From: Chrysomallon squamiferum
Taxonomy: Eukaryota > Animalia > Mollusca
DNA length: 64,000 bases
Direction of reading: 5' to 3'
NCBI GenBank assembly: GCA_012295275.1
Contig: CM022676.1
Span: 7,502,001 to 7,566,000, forward strand
The stretch's first letter is position 1, and each line of letters starts with the position of its first letter. Shown piece by piece: positions 12,987 through 26,280 of the stretch. The notes beneath the pieces are model-generated. The model did not search any database. It saw only the letters and a program-made list of their open reading frames with translations, and had not been told where the DNA came from. The translations under genes and the position numbers were made by a program.

Positions 12987-13569
12987 GTAAGTTTTAATTA
13001 ATTTTATTTATATTTTTCTGTGTCAATATATGTCTTTATGCGTATGAATAATTGTGTGCATGTATGTACGTATTTTTGCAATGTATGTTATTTTTTTCTT
13101 ATACATGTATGTATATGCATATGTATCTGTGCATATATGTATGTATGTATGTTTATGAGTATACGTATGCAGATATATGTTCAAGAACTTTCTTATATAC
13201 ATTATATATTTACAGATATCTAGTTAGTGAGTTTGTGGTTGGATGGATGGACGGATGTATGGATACACTAGTGTAAAGAATGAAATAAAAATGAAACAGA
13301 AAAAAGGACGGTAGACAATTATAGAAAAGAAAAGAGAGATGCATAAAATCAGAATGGTTGGAATATAAAAATCGATGGAGAATGTGTGAAATAAATAAAG
13401 ACAAACACACAATACATTAGTTGAAAGATACTCTAACAATAGAAAATAAATAACTACCTACTCTTCAATGATATATTAATAATAGCAAATACAAATTATC
13501 TACATACTGAAAAAAATATAAATATGTTAATTTAATCTCACATTTTTGTTTTCATTAAAGAATTTTCAG

Positions 13570-13683
13570 GAGCTGCAGAAGACAGCAATCAGTTTGGAAA
13601 AGAATTTGCCATCGGTTTTGGACTTTGCTGCTTTCTTCTGTTTGTTAGCTTCATCATTGTTTTCTGCCTCCAAAATAAGAGAA
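13570..13683 (+). CDS. Gene A transmembrane exon
   Basis: ttcag|gagct ... agaa|gtattt, encoding AAEDSNQFGKEFAIGFGLCCFLLFVSFIIVFCLQNKR. Paralogs at 18105-18221 and 34907-35023. Confidence 0.85.
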
Positions 13684-13685
13684 GT

Positions 13686-13716
<31 letters not shown>

Positions 13717-14223
13717 TTTGGATGGTTCGTTGGTTGGTTGGTTTTGTTTTCATTTTTATATTTAATTTCCTTTATTTTATTTTAGTTATTCATTCATCCA
13801 TATCTTCGTTCGTTCAAACTATTGTTTCTTTATTGTATGTCTGTTTGTTTGTTCGTTTATTTTATTATGTATTTTAATTACACTAACCTCTAGAGTAAAG
13901 GGGAGATAAATCAAGTCTAACTGACACAATTACCTTAAACTGAGTCATTAAACCTGTTTGAGTGACCACATATGTATTTCAGCCACCAGATAATGAAATG
14001 GTTGAAGGAAAAAATGATGTTTTAGCACAAGAAGATTTAATGATAAAAATGTTTCATGGGTAGAGTGTATTGAAGATATAAATATAATATACAATAGAAA
14101 TAGCTATTGATTAATGTCAATACTACAACCACCACCACACCACTACTACTACTTCTTCGCCTACTAAAACTGAAACCATTTCTACACATGTTCATGATGA
14201 TGATAAGGTTATTATATTTATTA

Positions 14224-14254
<31 letters not shown>

Positions 14255-14255
14255 G

Positions 14256-14286
14256 GAAAAAAGAGGCCAATGTCGAACCAACAAAG
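14256..14286 (+). CDS. Gene A cytoplasmic micro-exon 1 (RKKRPMSNQQ)
   Basis: tatag|gaaaa ... aaag|gtaaat, phase 1 to 2. Paralogs at 17723-17753 and 34433-34466. Confidence 0.75.
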
Positions 14287-14409
14287 GTAAATTAATTTAT
14301 ATTTTTTTACTATTTTTCTTTCTGTAAAATGTATTCATGTGTTTCTGTGCGTCTGTCTATATGTATATATGTATATGTCTATGTATGTTTCTGAGTTTAT
14401 ATATTTGTT

Positions 14410-14440
<31 letters not shown>

Positions 14441-14611
14441 ATACGGGCGTAAATATTTAATATATATATATATATACACACACACATACATACATAAATA
14501 CATACAAACATATATTTATATATAGGTATGTGTGTTTGCATTCCTTTGTTCGTACTCGGATTATTGCATCAATGTATATGTAACAAATGTGATTTACTTT
14601 TTAAATTTCAG

Positions 14612-14658
14612 AATCAGCACAAACCAACATATATACCGCAGTGTTGGTCAGGTTTCTG
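14612..14658 (+). CDS. Gene A cytoplasmic exon 2 (RISTNQHIYRSVGQVS)
   Basis: tttcag|aatca ... tctg|gtaagc, 47 nt, phase 2 to 1, same length as 34049-34095. Confidence 0.78.
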
Positions 14659-14869
14659 GTAAGCTGACATGCACACACATACACATATAATACATATATT
14701 CATACTTACGCATACACACATACACACACACATATACATACACACATTTGCACATATGTCAATACAATACAAAGATACATATATATTAACATAAACACAT
14801 AATACACACACTCGAACACACATAATAATATTTATATAAACCAAAGCATAATTTCATTCCATGTTTCAG

Positions 14870-14962
14870 ATGATCAGACTGCGCCAGAGACTGTACATCA
14901 AGATACAGAGAATCGGCATTGTTCAGCAGAGGAAGGTCGAAATGACGTCATATTGCCTGATA
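14870..14962 (+). CDS. Gene A cytoplasmic exon 3 (DDQTAPETVHQDTENRHCSAEEGRNDVILPD)
   Basis: catgtttcag|atgat ... gata|gtaagt, phase 1-1. Confidence 0.78.
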
Positions 14963-15794
14963 GTAAGTGAACTGATTGTAATAAATGATAAGGAAGAAAA
15001 CAAGTATTATTTGTGTCACGGTAACTAGTCTGAATGGTATTAATACCTAAAAGCGTCACGTGACAAGGTGTTAATTATCTGAGACAGCTTAAGCTACAAA
15101 ATAATTGACTATTATGTATCTACTAGAGAATAAGAACACAAACGAGAATACTATATGGATAAATGTTTTATGTATATATATATATATTTTACATAAATTA
15201 ATCCTCAAAGGTAAGATATAGTAAGTCCAGTTGGTTACTTGATTTTTCTGACTACTCTTTTAATTATTAACATACGACAGAAAAGAAGTATTTGTATGTA
15301 TATTTGTTTATTCGTTTGATTATATATTTTAATTACACTTACCTTCAGAGTAATAAGGAAATTTTTAATTCCGAAGTTTTACATATTTCACAGATTTTAA
15401 GAAAGAATAGCTTCTAAATATTTTCATAATAGTTTTAAACAGATTTAGAAATGTGTTTGTCTGGAGGTGTCTTTATTTGAAATGTTACAATTTTTCTAGT
15501 TTTTAAAGAAGAAACTCTTTGTAAATGGTTTTGAAATGGTTGTAAAAAAACCGAGAAGAAAAAAGATAATAATAATAATCAAACGGCAACATACATTAGA
15601 CAGATATAAATAATGTAGATGCTAAAGGATAGGCTTAAACATACTTACTTTTAAAATTGTATTTATATTTGTGTATGTGTTTATATACACACGCACACGC
15701 ACGCAAGTACACACACATTTTAATGCGATTATTGTTCTTTCAGCAGATCACAATTTCTATATAAATGAAAACACAATTTCATTCCATGTTTCAG

Positions 15795-15859
15795 AGAATC
15801 AGACTGCGCCAGCAGCTTTACGTCAAGATACAGAGAACACATATTTCAGGACGTCTTAA
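15795..15859 (+). CDS. Gene A terminal coding exon (NQTAPAALRQDTENTYFRTS*)
   Basis: catgtttcag|agaat, stop TAA ends at 15859, AATAAA near 15899. Confidence 0.75.
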
Positions 15860-16218
15860 TGCTTGATACAACGGAATTGATATTGATAAACTGTAAAAAA
15901 TAAACTGTATTGTTTGTTAACCATACAGTTATTTAAGCATTTGATGAGAAACACAGTGTACATAGTAGTTCAAATTATATCTGCATGATTTTACTAATAA
16001 TATTTTTTTAATAATTTATTGCATAAAATAAAATTTGTATATGCCAAACAGTTCGAAAACTGTAATATACCACTTTTTCTGCTGTTCGGAAATTATTTCG
16101 AATTTCAGTGTTTCGGATACAGGATCCTCAACCTGTATTTAGATGAAAATAAAAACAGGTATTCTAACATAGCTTCAGATACACTGGCATACTTGGATAA
16201 TTTTATAAAGTATACAGG

Positions 16219-16641
16219 TTAGGGTTTCTCCATCTTTCCATGGACAGAGGTCTGCAGCTTAGAAATTATTTTAAGGCCTTTGGCTGGAGTTAAAGCCTTT
16301 ATCGAGTCCTTCTGCTTCAGTATGATAATTATTGTAAAAGCACTACGCTCGTACTGCCTAGACAAGTGGACTATATGGACACCTCGCTCATGTTCTTCTA
16401 TGATTTCATGCTTTAATTCAATGGACACCATCCGCTTCTTCTTCTCAGCACTGTCCTTTGCACTCACTTTCTTAGAATTCATGATTTTTGTGTTGTTCGA
16501 TGCGCCACCTAACGGCGGCGTGTCTGAAGCTAGCTCGTAACTCGGATTTTGGCTCGGAACTCAAAGCCAAAAGTCGACGGGCGACAGCATTTAACTCGAA
16601 AATCTTGTAAGTTGGAGCACACGTAACTCGAGGTACCACTA
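16219..16641 (-). mobile_element. Tigger/pogo-family DNA transposon 5' fragment
   Basis: ORF KKKRMVSIELKHEIIEEHERGV...STI..ILK resembles the CENP-B/psq HTH of Tigger transposases. The terminus agtggtacctcgagttacg abuts a (TA)n run. Confidence 0.8.
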
Positions 16642-17007
16642 TATATATATATATATATACAGACATTCAGACTCACAAAATGATGTATCTTAGAAACACT
16701 TTCTTAGGTGTCGAATATGTATGTGTGCGTGTCTATGTATGTATGTATGTTAAGATTAAAGATTCATAATAATTTTTATTGGGTTAATCTATTTTTGACT
16801 AAATAATTAAGTTTATTATACTTTGTGCTTTATCTCAGTAGGATATTATCTAATACTTCTCACTAAGTTAACAAAATATGATAATTTATATTTAATATTT
16901 ATATGTTTATATAGTATACATGTGTGTGTGTATTAACTTTGTATTCACTTTGTTTGTTACACATTTTGCTGTGGAGATAAATAAAATACTGTAAAAAGAT
17001 TATATAC

Positions 17008-17038
<31 letters not shown>

Positions 17039-17722
17039 GTTACAAAAATTATGAAAAAATGACAAGCAGACAAAGATGATATGAAATTGTTTCTTTTACT
17101 TGATGTCATGCCGAATAAATAAATAGAAGATTAATTATATGAAAACAGATTTTCCATTTTCTGCATAGTTATATGCAAGAGTCACGATCCATGTGCAAGT
17201 GTCAGATCTCAGACAATCGCACCTATGCATTCACTTCTACTCTGTCACTTTCAGAAGGACGTTTACAGTTACTTTAGCTTTTAACCTTTGTTTTCATTCT
17301 ATATATGCTATATTAAAATACCACTAAACAAAAGCATACTTAAGCATTTTCTTTAATTTTTCTTTTTTTACCTATCTTACTATCTCGTACTACTAAATAA
17401 AGATATTTTAGGAGTGACATCATATAGATACATTACGTCATAACAAACGAAACGAAGAAAACCTCCTTGTTCTTAGGAGCATAGACCAATGGTTTTTGAA
17501 TAATAAAAATAGGAGACTCATTGTTTGATAATATAATAGTAAATGTTTTAGAATTTGAAGAGTGAAAATTTAATTAATAGCTAATATATAAACCAAAATA
17601 TAAACGCACAAACATAAATATATATAAATAAACACATAGAGACATAGATACAGACGTGCATACGTACATAAACACATGAATATATTTTACAGAAAAGTAA
17701 TAAAATATACAAATTAATTTAC

Positions 17723-17753
17723 CTTTGTTGGTTCCAATTTGGCCTCTTTTGTC
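17723..17753 (-). CDS. Gene B cytoplasmic micro-exon 1 (RQKRPNWNQQ); no downstream tyrosine exons found
   Basis: tacag|gacaa ... aaag|gtaaat, 31 nt, paralog of 14256-14286. Confidence 0.7.
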
Positions 17754-17755
17754 CT

Positions 17756-17824
<69 letters not shown>

Positions 17825-18104
17825 TTAATAATAAATAACAACATATTTTACCTTAGTATGTCAGGTGGCTGAAATACACAGTTAGTCGAGGTAATTATGT
17901 AAATTAGACTTGATTTATCTCCCCTTTAATCTATAGGTAAATGGAATTAAAATACATAATAAAACAAATAAGAGAAGATAAAAGCAAAGAAATATGAAAA
18001 TAAGAAAGAAAGAAACAAATTAATGAAACAATGAAAGAAAAATACATGAATGAAAAAACAAACAAATATTTAAACAAATAAATAAATAACATATAAATAA
18101 TTAC

Positions 18105-18221
18105 TTCTTATATATCGGAAGTAGAGAACAATGACAATGATTAAGGTAAGAGACAGAACAAAGAAAGTTCCAAAACCGCTGACAAATCCTTTTCCAAACT
18201 GACTGCTGTCTTCTACAGCAC
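18105..18221 (-). CDS. Gene B transmembrane exon
   Basis: AVEDSSQFGKGFVSGFGTFFVLSLTLIIVIVLYFRYIR, with AG/GT boundaries. Confidence 0.82.
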
Positions 18222-18892
18222 CTGAAAATACATTAATAAAAATAAAATTCAGAGATTAAATTAAATATATTATTTTATATGTCTGTGTTTCTTTATTTCA
18301 CACTTTATCCATCGCTATTGTCCTTCAACCATTCTGATTTAAATACACATCTCTTTTTTTCTTTCTATAATTCTGAATTTATCTGTTACTTTGTCTGATT
18401 GGTTTTTCTTTCATCGTTTACATCACTTTAGCCATACATCCGTCCATCCATGCATCCATCCACAAACTTACTGTCAATACATAATTATGTATGTAAGAAC
18501 GTACATATGCATATATATATATGTATAGGTATACACATACATACATACATACATAATACACACATACACCCATACATATACATACACATACATGTATACG
18601 GTCGTACGTACAGAGAACAGGCAGGAAAAAGAATAACATAAATTCCTGAACACTTACGTGCATACACAAATGTATTCATACACACACACACACACACACA
18701 CAGACGCACACATATACGTATATCTGTCTATTTAGTTATCTCTATATATGTATATCTGTCTATTTCTGTCTATTTATAGATCTATCTTTCAATCTATCTC
18801 CTTCAATCTATCTTCCTGTTTTTTTTTTTTATTTAAACGTTTTATGATCTGTATTCAAAATTAAATGGACAATAAAATAAATTAAAACTTAC

Positions 18893-19153
18893 ACTCAACA
18901 TTAAAAATAATTTGTTTATGTGCTGTTTGGTTCGTATCCGGATTAACAGCAGTGCACGTGTAGACGCCATCTTGAAATTTCGTGATACCAGTCAGTCCCA
19001 GTAGACCATTCTTACTGATAGTCTGATTATTCCATTCCCATTTGTAAAGGCATTTGATAAAGCAGTCGGCTTTGCATGATAGTATGACGTCACTTCCTTC
19101 CTCTACAGTGATGTCAGATGAAGAATTGACTCGAAGTGAGTTATTGGGACCGT
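18893..19153 (-). CDS. Gene B C2/I-like Ig exon (domain 4), intact
   Basis: tcacag|acggt ... gagt|gtaagt, 261 nt open, DGPNNSLRVN...CKADCFIKCLYKW...QDGVYTCTAVN. Confidence 0.85.
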
Positions 19154-19426
19154 CTGTGAAAATAAAATAAAATAAAACACGTAAATAAATAAATAAATAA
19201 CAAAAAAAATAAACAAAATAAAAGCTAAAGAGTTTTTATTATGAACATGATCCTGTTTATCACAATCATAGTCATCATTGTTACTGTAATAACTGTTTGT
19301 ACCGTTGTTGTTGTCGTCGTTATTATTATTATTATTATAATTTTTATTATGAAGAAGATAATGATGATGATGGTGATATTATACTACTACTACAAAATTA
19401 ATTTGAACTAAATCGAATTAAATTAC

Positions 19427-19738
19427 CTCTAACTTTAAAGACTATTGTGTTACTCGAAAACTGGTAAACCTTATCTTCACATCTCCAAATATTTCCTTGT
19501 TGATTTCTGTTGACAGACGTTATAGTAACTTTAAACTTGTTACGGAAACATATGAACGTGTAATTTCCACTAAAACGTGACTTAATATCACAGTGTCCAG
19601 ACCCAGAATTTAACACGTCATAGGTGACGTCATTCTCAAACCACGTTACGCGATGTGAATTTTCTAAAATTTCACATGTAAACGTAAAAGAAAGTCCACT
19701 GATAGCGTATGGCGCGGATCCACGAAGTTCTGGCGGAC
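19427..19738 (-). CDS. Gene B second V-like Ig exon (domain 3), intact
   Basis: tttcag|gtccg ... agag|gtaatt, 312 nt, PPELRGSAPYAISGLSFTFTCEI...VTWF...GHC...FIC...NQQGNIWRCE...IVFKVR. Confidence 0.85.
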
Positions 19739-19965
19739 CTGAAAGTAATTGTAAACAGTAAACAAAACAAGCATGCGCCCCCACGCATACAATCAGGAAT
19801 GTAATCTGCAGCACAACAAGGTGACACCGATCTTAACTGGATGTTCGAGCGTAAAAGATTATGACTGGTTGTCTGACATTTTAAACACACACACACCTTT
19901 AACAAATATTCACTTGTCTATTTATTTTATAATTTTTATTTTTACTATAATTATTTTTTACTTAC

Positions 19966-20540
19966 GATGTACAATCAAATGAAGTGATTTGTTGACAGAT
20001 AGGTTCGTATCTGGATTTTCAGCTGTACATACACAAACCTGATTGTGATATTTTAATATTAGCCAATGAGAGAATGCCCGTGTTACTTATGACGTCACCA
20101 ACGAGCTTCCACTGATGATAACACCTGATGAAACAAGTCCACATAGGCGTAATGTAATCTGTAGCATAAGAAAAGTGATTCAGACTGGATATTCGTACGT
20201 AAGCATTTATAACTGGTTCTCTGATATTTTAAACAAACAGCTCTAACAAATATTCAGTTGCCTGTTTATTTTATGACTTTTATTTTTACTATAATTAGTT
20301 TCTTACTTACGATGTACAATCAAATCAAGTTTTTTTCATATCTGGATTTTCAGCCGTACACACATAGAGACCTGATTGTGATTTATTAATATTAGCCAAT
20401 GAGAGAATGCCCGTGTTACTTATGACGTCATCTACGCGCTTCCACTGATAATTGCACGTGATAAAACACGTCGCTGAACAGGACACTTCCTTCCACAGCA
20501 GTGAGAACAGACGAAGTATTCAGCTTGAGTGATGTTTCAA
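19966..20540 (-). pseudogene. Gene B domain-2 pseudo-exon (20311-~20540) plus a partial tandem duplicate (19966-~20140)
   Basis: Homologous to 10476-10736, but with internal deletions (e.g. loss of the SDVT codons) and loss of the acceptor/DGPG start. Confidence 0.75.
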
Positions 20541-20768
20541 GAAAGACGTTGTCAACATCGACATCATCATCATCGCAATTATTATTATTATCATCGTCAG
20601 AGTTTTGGGGGTTACTCGCATTGTTAGTTATGTATGATGTCGTTGAAGTGATGCTGGTGAAGTAGTGTTTGAGTTGTTGAAATTAATATCATAATTAATA
20701 TTACTGTCACTACTATTTATTTATTTATTTATTATTTTTTTATATTTGTTAAGATATTTGCTGATTTA

Positions 20769-20824
<56 letters not shown>

Positions 20825-20851
20825 TAATAATAATAATAATAATAAAAATAA

Positions 20852-20890
<39 letters not shown>

Positions 20891-20974
20891 AAATAAAAAT
20901 AAAGATGTTCCTAATCTTGATATGTATCATTTTAGAAATATATCTTCATGTACGTAAGTTAGTGTATACGTACG

Positions 20975-22486
20975 CAGGGGTGGACAATTATTTTTTCCAT
21001 GGGGCCACACGAGAAACAGAAAATATTGTGGAGGGCCGGGCCAGAACGGTTAACTCTGCATAATATTAAAAGCAGTAAATAACATTGTTTTGACAAGCTG
21101 GTAAGCTTTCTAAAGATATCACAATATTGTCTTTGTACTCCAAATATTAAGCAAGATACAACATATTTTATTAATGATTGCCACTGAACAGTGATTTTGA
21201 GAAAAAGGCCTCCAAAGAAAGTGTTCATGATGACTGCTAGTTGATGCCATTACATGCCTACATTTGCAGACTAACCACCTCATTTGGTATTTTTCATTTC
21301 TTTTTTCTTGTCCAGTGACAGAAATCTAGTCTCTGTTGGGATTTAACAAGTGCATCAAAGTCAGGTTGAATTTCTGAGGCGGAGATGCGAAGCAAAGCTG
21401 AAGATGATCATCAGTGAGAGAGGATCTATATCTGGATTTGGTTAACTTCATCACTGAGAATGTTTGTTCACATAAATAGGGAGAGCCAAAGATAACCAGC
21501 ATCTTCCTTGAGAGGAAAGTAAAAATCCAGCAGTGATTCTGCCTTAAAGTGCTCTGCCATTAGGGCATGAGACTGCAGGTCAGCGAGTTCCAGCTGCATT
21601 ATCCACAATGCAGGTGAAGGGGGAGGAAATCAAGTGCATTTTATCCTCGATTGTTCTGAGATCTTCAAATCGCCTTGAAAACTCGCTGTGAGTAGCTGCG
21701 GAAGTGATTAGCTGATAGTGTGACTTCCTTCAGGGTTTGCAAGTGAGTGAGAATGTTGCTCTCCAGTTGGCTTGATAGAAACTGCATCTTTCTCATGAAA
21801 GTAAGATTTGAACATCCGTCCGTTGTGACATCTACCAGTCTGTACCATTTCAGTCTCAGCGTATCCGTGCACGCATTTACCTCCGTGAACAGATCGCTCT
21901 CAGATTCCCCGCAATGTGCTCGATCCTTCTCGTTACGGTTCGCATATTAGTTCTGCAGAGTCCACCAAGCACTCTTTGACAAACCCCCTCTGAGAATGGC
22001 TTTCTTTTTTCAGTAATTTTGTGGGATATCACAAAACTAGTCTTGGTTGCTGCATCCCCGGATGTGTGAAGCTTGGTAAAAAAATCCTTGCTGCTTTTGT
22101 AGGTTAGCTAGCAAAGCTTCTGATGTCCGCGCCCTTTCAGCATCATTCAAGTTTTTGTATTTTTCCACGTGTTTCGTCTCGTAATGTCGACTTATATTGT
22201 AATCCTTAAACATGGCGATCTGTTCTCCTCAAATTAAACACACAGCTTTACCTCCGACTTCAGTAAATAAATACTTAGCGGTCCATTTTTGGTTGAAAAC
22301 TCTACATTCAGCATCTACCTTTCTTTTTATAGCATCAGGACTAAAGTCGTATTGCGACCTGCTTCAATCACGCTCACGTCTTTATGTACGTATTGCGTCA
22401 TTTTGCACGTGAATAAAAGCAGTTCTCAGTTAACATGACACGGGCCGGTCAGAGTCTACCAAAGGGCCGTAAATTGCCTACGTCTG
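20975..22486 (-). mobile_element. hAT (Charlie/GTF2IRD2-like) DNA transposon, internally deleted and decayed
   Basis: Minus-strand KRKVDAECRVFNQKWTAKYLF...KAVCLI*...FKDYNISRHYETKH and C-terminal FGSPYLCEQTFSVMK..KSRYRSSLTDDHL (hAT dimerisation domain). Imperfect termini caggggtggacaa / ttgcctacgtctg. The flanks rejoin as the paralogous intron of gene C. Confidence 0.85.
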
Positions 22487-22910
22487 TGTTTTAAGCATAT
22501 AATTATGCTGGACATTCTTTCACATACAAATATAAACTTACTTAAATGCTAAAATGCGTCAATAATTCTTATCATCTGCAATTATAATCTATTAATTTAA
22601 AGGTTTTTGACCTCTGATTTCAAATAATATTTTGTTTTATTGAGATGTTTTGCTTAGTGATCATTAACGGTGCATATTTCCTAGAAAGATAATTATAAAA
22701 GTGGAACCGATAATACGTCTACATCCAGTATTGTTTTGTTTTATTGAGATGTATTGTTTAGTTATCAGTAGCAATACATATTTCCTAGAATGGTAATTAT
22801 GAACATAACACCTCTGAGTTATAGTACTGACCAGTTTTATTGAGTTTATTGTTTAATTATCATTAACACTATGTATTTCCTAGAATGTTAATAATAAAAC
22901 TGCTTTTTAC

Positions 22911-23222
22911 CTCTCACTTCAAGTTTTATTTCATTGCTGCTTGGTCTGTAATCACCACATCTCCACACTGTTCCGTGTTGACTGAGGTTGACAGATTTTA
23001 CTATGAGGAAATTTGTATCATTTGAGCAGTGAAAACTGTATACTTTTGGATGTTCATCCAAAAAATCACATTGAGTATAGTTTTCTATTACACGAATCCT
23101 GTATTCTGTGTTATTCACGAATCAGGTAATGGTAGGAGAAGGAAAATCACTCTGACGGGTGAAAGTAAAAAGTGATCCAACAAGTGCATATCTGTCTGAT
23201 GTTGTTAATCTATAATGTTGAC
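22911..23222 (-). pseudogene. Gene B first V-like exon, inactivated
   Basis: 312 nt with intact splice sites, but first Cys TGT changed to CGT and conserved Trp TGG changed to TGA (23122-23124). Confidence 0.88.
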
Positions 23223-23780
23223 CTTAAATTAGAAGAAACAAATTTAAAAAAATGAATTAAAATTAAAATTAAAATTAAAATAAATTAATCTAAACAAAAT
23301 AATTTTTTTTGTAATTACATATTTTCTATATTACAGTACGCTGTGTAATTGACTGTGATTTTATGCAGTTATGTTATGGTATGTTATGTTGACTTATATT
23401 ACACTACATCCTATTATATCATATCGTATCATATTGTACTATTTTCTATAGTAGTATATTATATTGTACGACATTATTTTATATTATCAAAACTGCTTTT
23501 CATTCTCGTTTAATCTATATGTTTTGCACCAAAATAAGAAACTGCTGATGTTTAGTATATAGATAAATATATACGTGATTATGAACTCACTGTATTAATG
23601 TGTACTGCGTTATCATGAATTCCCTGTATTAATGGGTACAATGTCTACTTATATTTATTCAAGAAATTAGGACTATTTATCCGTAACCATCGTCCATACA
23701 TAACACCAACTCCACCCAGATTTCACAGTTACTAAATAAGATTAACTTAGAGGTAAATAATCTGAATATAAAATACATAC

Positions 23781-23838
23781 CTTGTACGTACAATACACAT
23801 CCAGCTAACACGAACACACAAAATAACTTACAACTCAT
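23781..23838 (-). CDS. Gene B leader exon, MSCKLFCVFVLAGCVLYVQG
   Basis: ATG at 23838, donor caag|gtatgt. Confidence 0.82.
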
Positions 23839-23949
23839 TTCCACTATTTTAGTTTTCACTTCCGTTAATAAAATAAAATTATTATTATTATTATTTTTAT
23901 TATTATTATTATTATTAGTTTATCTTTTCTTCACTACTTTCATTTTTTC

Positions 23950-24730
23950 ACTCCTGTTAATATAAAAATAATTTCTTCGCTATCATCTTCTTTTAAATTC
24001 TTCCTTGTTTACTTTTCTGTTGCAATGTTACCACGTTTACTTCCTGTTTCACAAGTAAAACACCAGTTTTGTTCTTTGTAAAATAACATCTGTGATACGC
24101 TAGATCCTCTCGACTGACTTCAGCAGTTTGCTGGTACCATAAAAATATAATTTAGTCCTACATCTACACACTAGAAGAAAAAATCCAAAACCGCTATCAT
24201 AAAATGATCGTGTTTGAATTGACCTAAAAAATAACGCTACGGACTGCTAATGAACAAGTGACAGCTTTTCAGTGCTGACCAAGGGTAATCATCGCTTCAC
24301 ACGCCATTCACATGCGCTCCGAAGGCGGACGACGCCACCGAATATTGTCTAAGTGTAGATCTAATCAGACAAGAAAAAAGGCTGCTCAGTAATCGGGGTT
24401 AATCATCCCACGAAGCACACCGTTCTTTGTCTTTTTTAGTGTTTGCGTGCATCTAATGTTTGGCAAATATGTATTCTCAGTATCTACGAAGCACATCGTT
24501 CTTTGGCTTTTGTAATGTTTGCATACATCTATTTTTATTCGTGTTAACCTTTGCACTGGCAAATATGTTTTTTCAGATTGAATATTCTCCCACGAAGCAC
24601 GCCGTTCTTTGTCTTTTGTAACTGTTGCGTGTATCTATTTTTTTCTGTCTAAAGTTTGCTCAGTAATCAAGCGCAGTCATCGCCACCCACGAAGCACGCC
24701 GTTGTTTGTCTTTTGTAATTTTTGCATGCA
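23950..24730 (-). promoter_or_regulatory. Putative promoter/5'UTR module of gene B
   Basis: Inverted homolog of 3290-4200 and direct homolog of 44740-45430. The TGACGTCA palindrome is mutated here (gacgacgcca). Confidence 0.45.
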
Positions 24731-24732
24731 TC

Positions 24733-24765
<33 letters not shown>

Positions 24766-25519
24766 GGTAGGGGAGCCTATTGCTAGACAATACTCTGCTT
24801 ATGTTCATTTATTTATTTCATTCTTTACCTCACTCTGTCCATCCATCAGTCCATCCAACTCACTGCCTGGGTGTTTGTAAATATATAATTGTAACAACGT
24901 ATGATTGTACACAAACGCGCATACACACACACACACATACATAGACATAGAAACATACTTTTACTATGAATTTGAAAACTTATTTATTGAGCGTTGTTCA
25001 TGCGATATCTGTTTTATATTTGCTGAAGAGAAACTTTCTTCTTCGCCTTTTTTTTTTTTTAAATTCTGTTTTCTTCTACATTTAATTTCTTTTCTCTTTA
25101 TTATTCCTGTTATTTATTAATTAATTACAAGTGCACACACATACATATATACATTTATATAAACACGCACATACATACATTCACACACACAAGTACATAC
25201 ATACGTACATACATACATAAACTTTGAGCTGGAAAACATTTCAGTTAGGTATTCAAAAGTGTTTTTCTGTTCGTGAAATAGTGCTAACTATAATTGTAGA
25301 TCTTTTTATCCAGATTTCTGTGAGAAGAAATTCATAGTAGTCAGTGAAATAGATCCAAAGTTACACATTTTTTAATATTTAATTTTCGGGTGGTGCTGTC
25401 TCAAAATTGCCATTTCTAACTCCCGATTTTTGGGAGCCCATTCTCTGCAGAGTATATTTAGGTTGATAGGGGAAGCCAGGGTTGGTAAAAATCATTTAAA
25501 AAACAACAAAAAACCCCAG

Positions 25520-26280
25520 CATACCAGAGACACTAGAATTCAAGCTCAAATTGACCGTAACCATCTCCATGCTGCACGATTCCAAGCACGTCGCCCTGTT
25601 GTAGCTCACAGAGCGTCACATTCAAGAACGTCTGAGATGGGCCAGAATACACCAACACTGGCGACGCAGACAGTGGGATCAAACATTATTCACAGACGAT
25701 TCCAGGTTTTGTTTTCACTTTGATGGTAGACGTCATGTATGAAGGAGACGAGGAGAACGATATGATGCAGACAACGTCTTTCAACATGACCGATATGGCT
25801 GTGACAGCGTCATGGCCTGGACCGTCATTCATAGTGGAGATAAAACAGATCTCGTCTTCATTCACGGAAACATGACTGTTCAACGTTACAGTGACGGGAT
25901 CATTACACCAGTGGTCATTCCAGTCCTGCAGCAGCATCCTGACTTTCTGTTTCAACATCACAAAGCTGGACCACACACCGCTAGGCTAACCACTAACCTT
26001 CTTGAGCGGAACGAGATCCAAGTGTTGAACTGGCTACCAAAGTCCCCTGACTTGTCTCCAACTGAGCATGCATGAGATCTACTGGGCCATAGGGTACGCA
26101 AAAACCATCCTCATATTCTTAATGTCCATGACCTACAAATTGCTCTGAACGGTGAATGGAACGCAGTTGCTGTTTCTGAGATTGATGCTCTCAGTAGAAG
26201 CATGAGACGACGATGTACTGCTGTCATCACTGCCACAGGTGCACACAGTTATTGAGTCCCTCACACCATTTTGGTAGACG
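25520..26280 (+). mobile_element. Tc1/mariner transposase remnant
   Basis: RNHLHAARFQARRP / ERLRWARIHQHW..QWDQTLFTDDSRF / VMAW...GNMTVQRY...FQHHKAGPHTAR...WLPKSPDLSPTEHA*, with frameshifts and stops. Confidence 0.9.
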
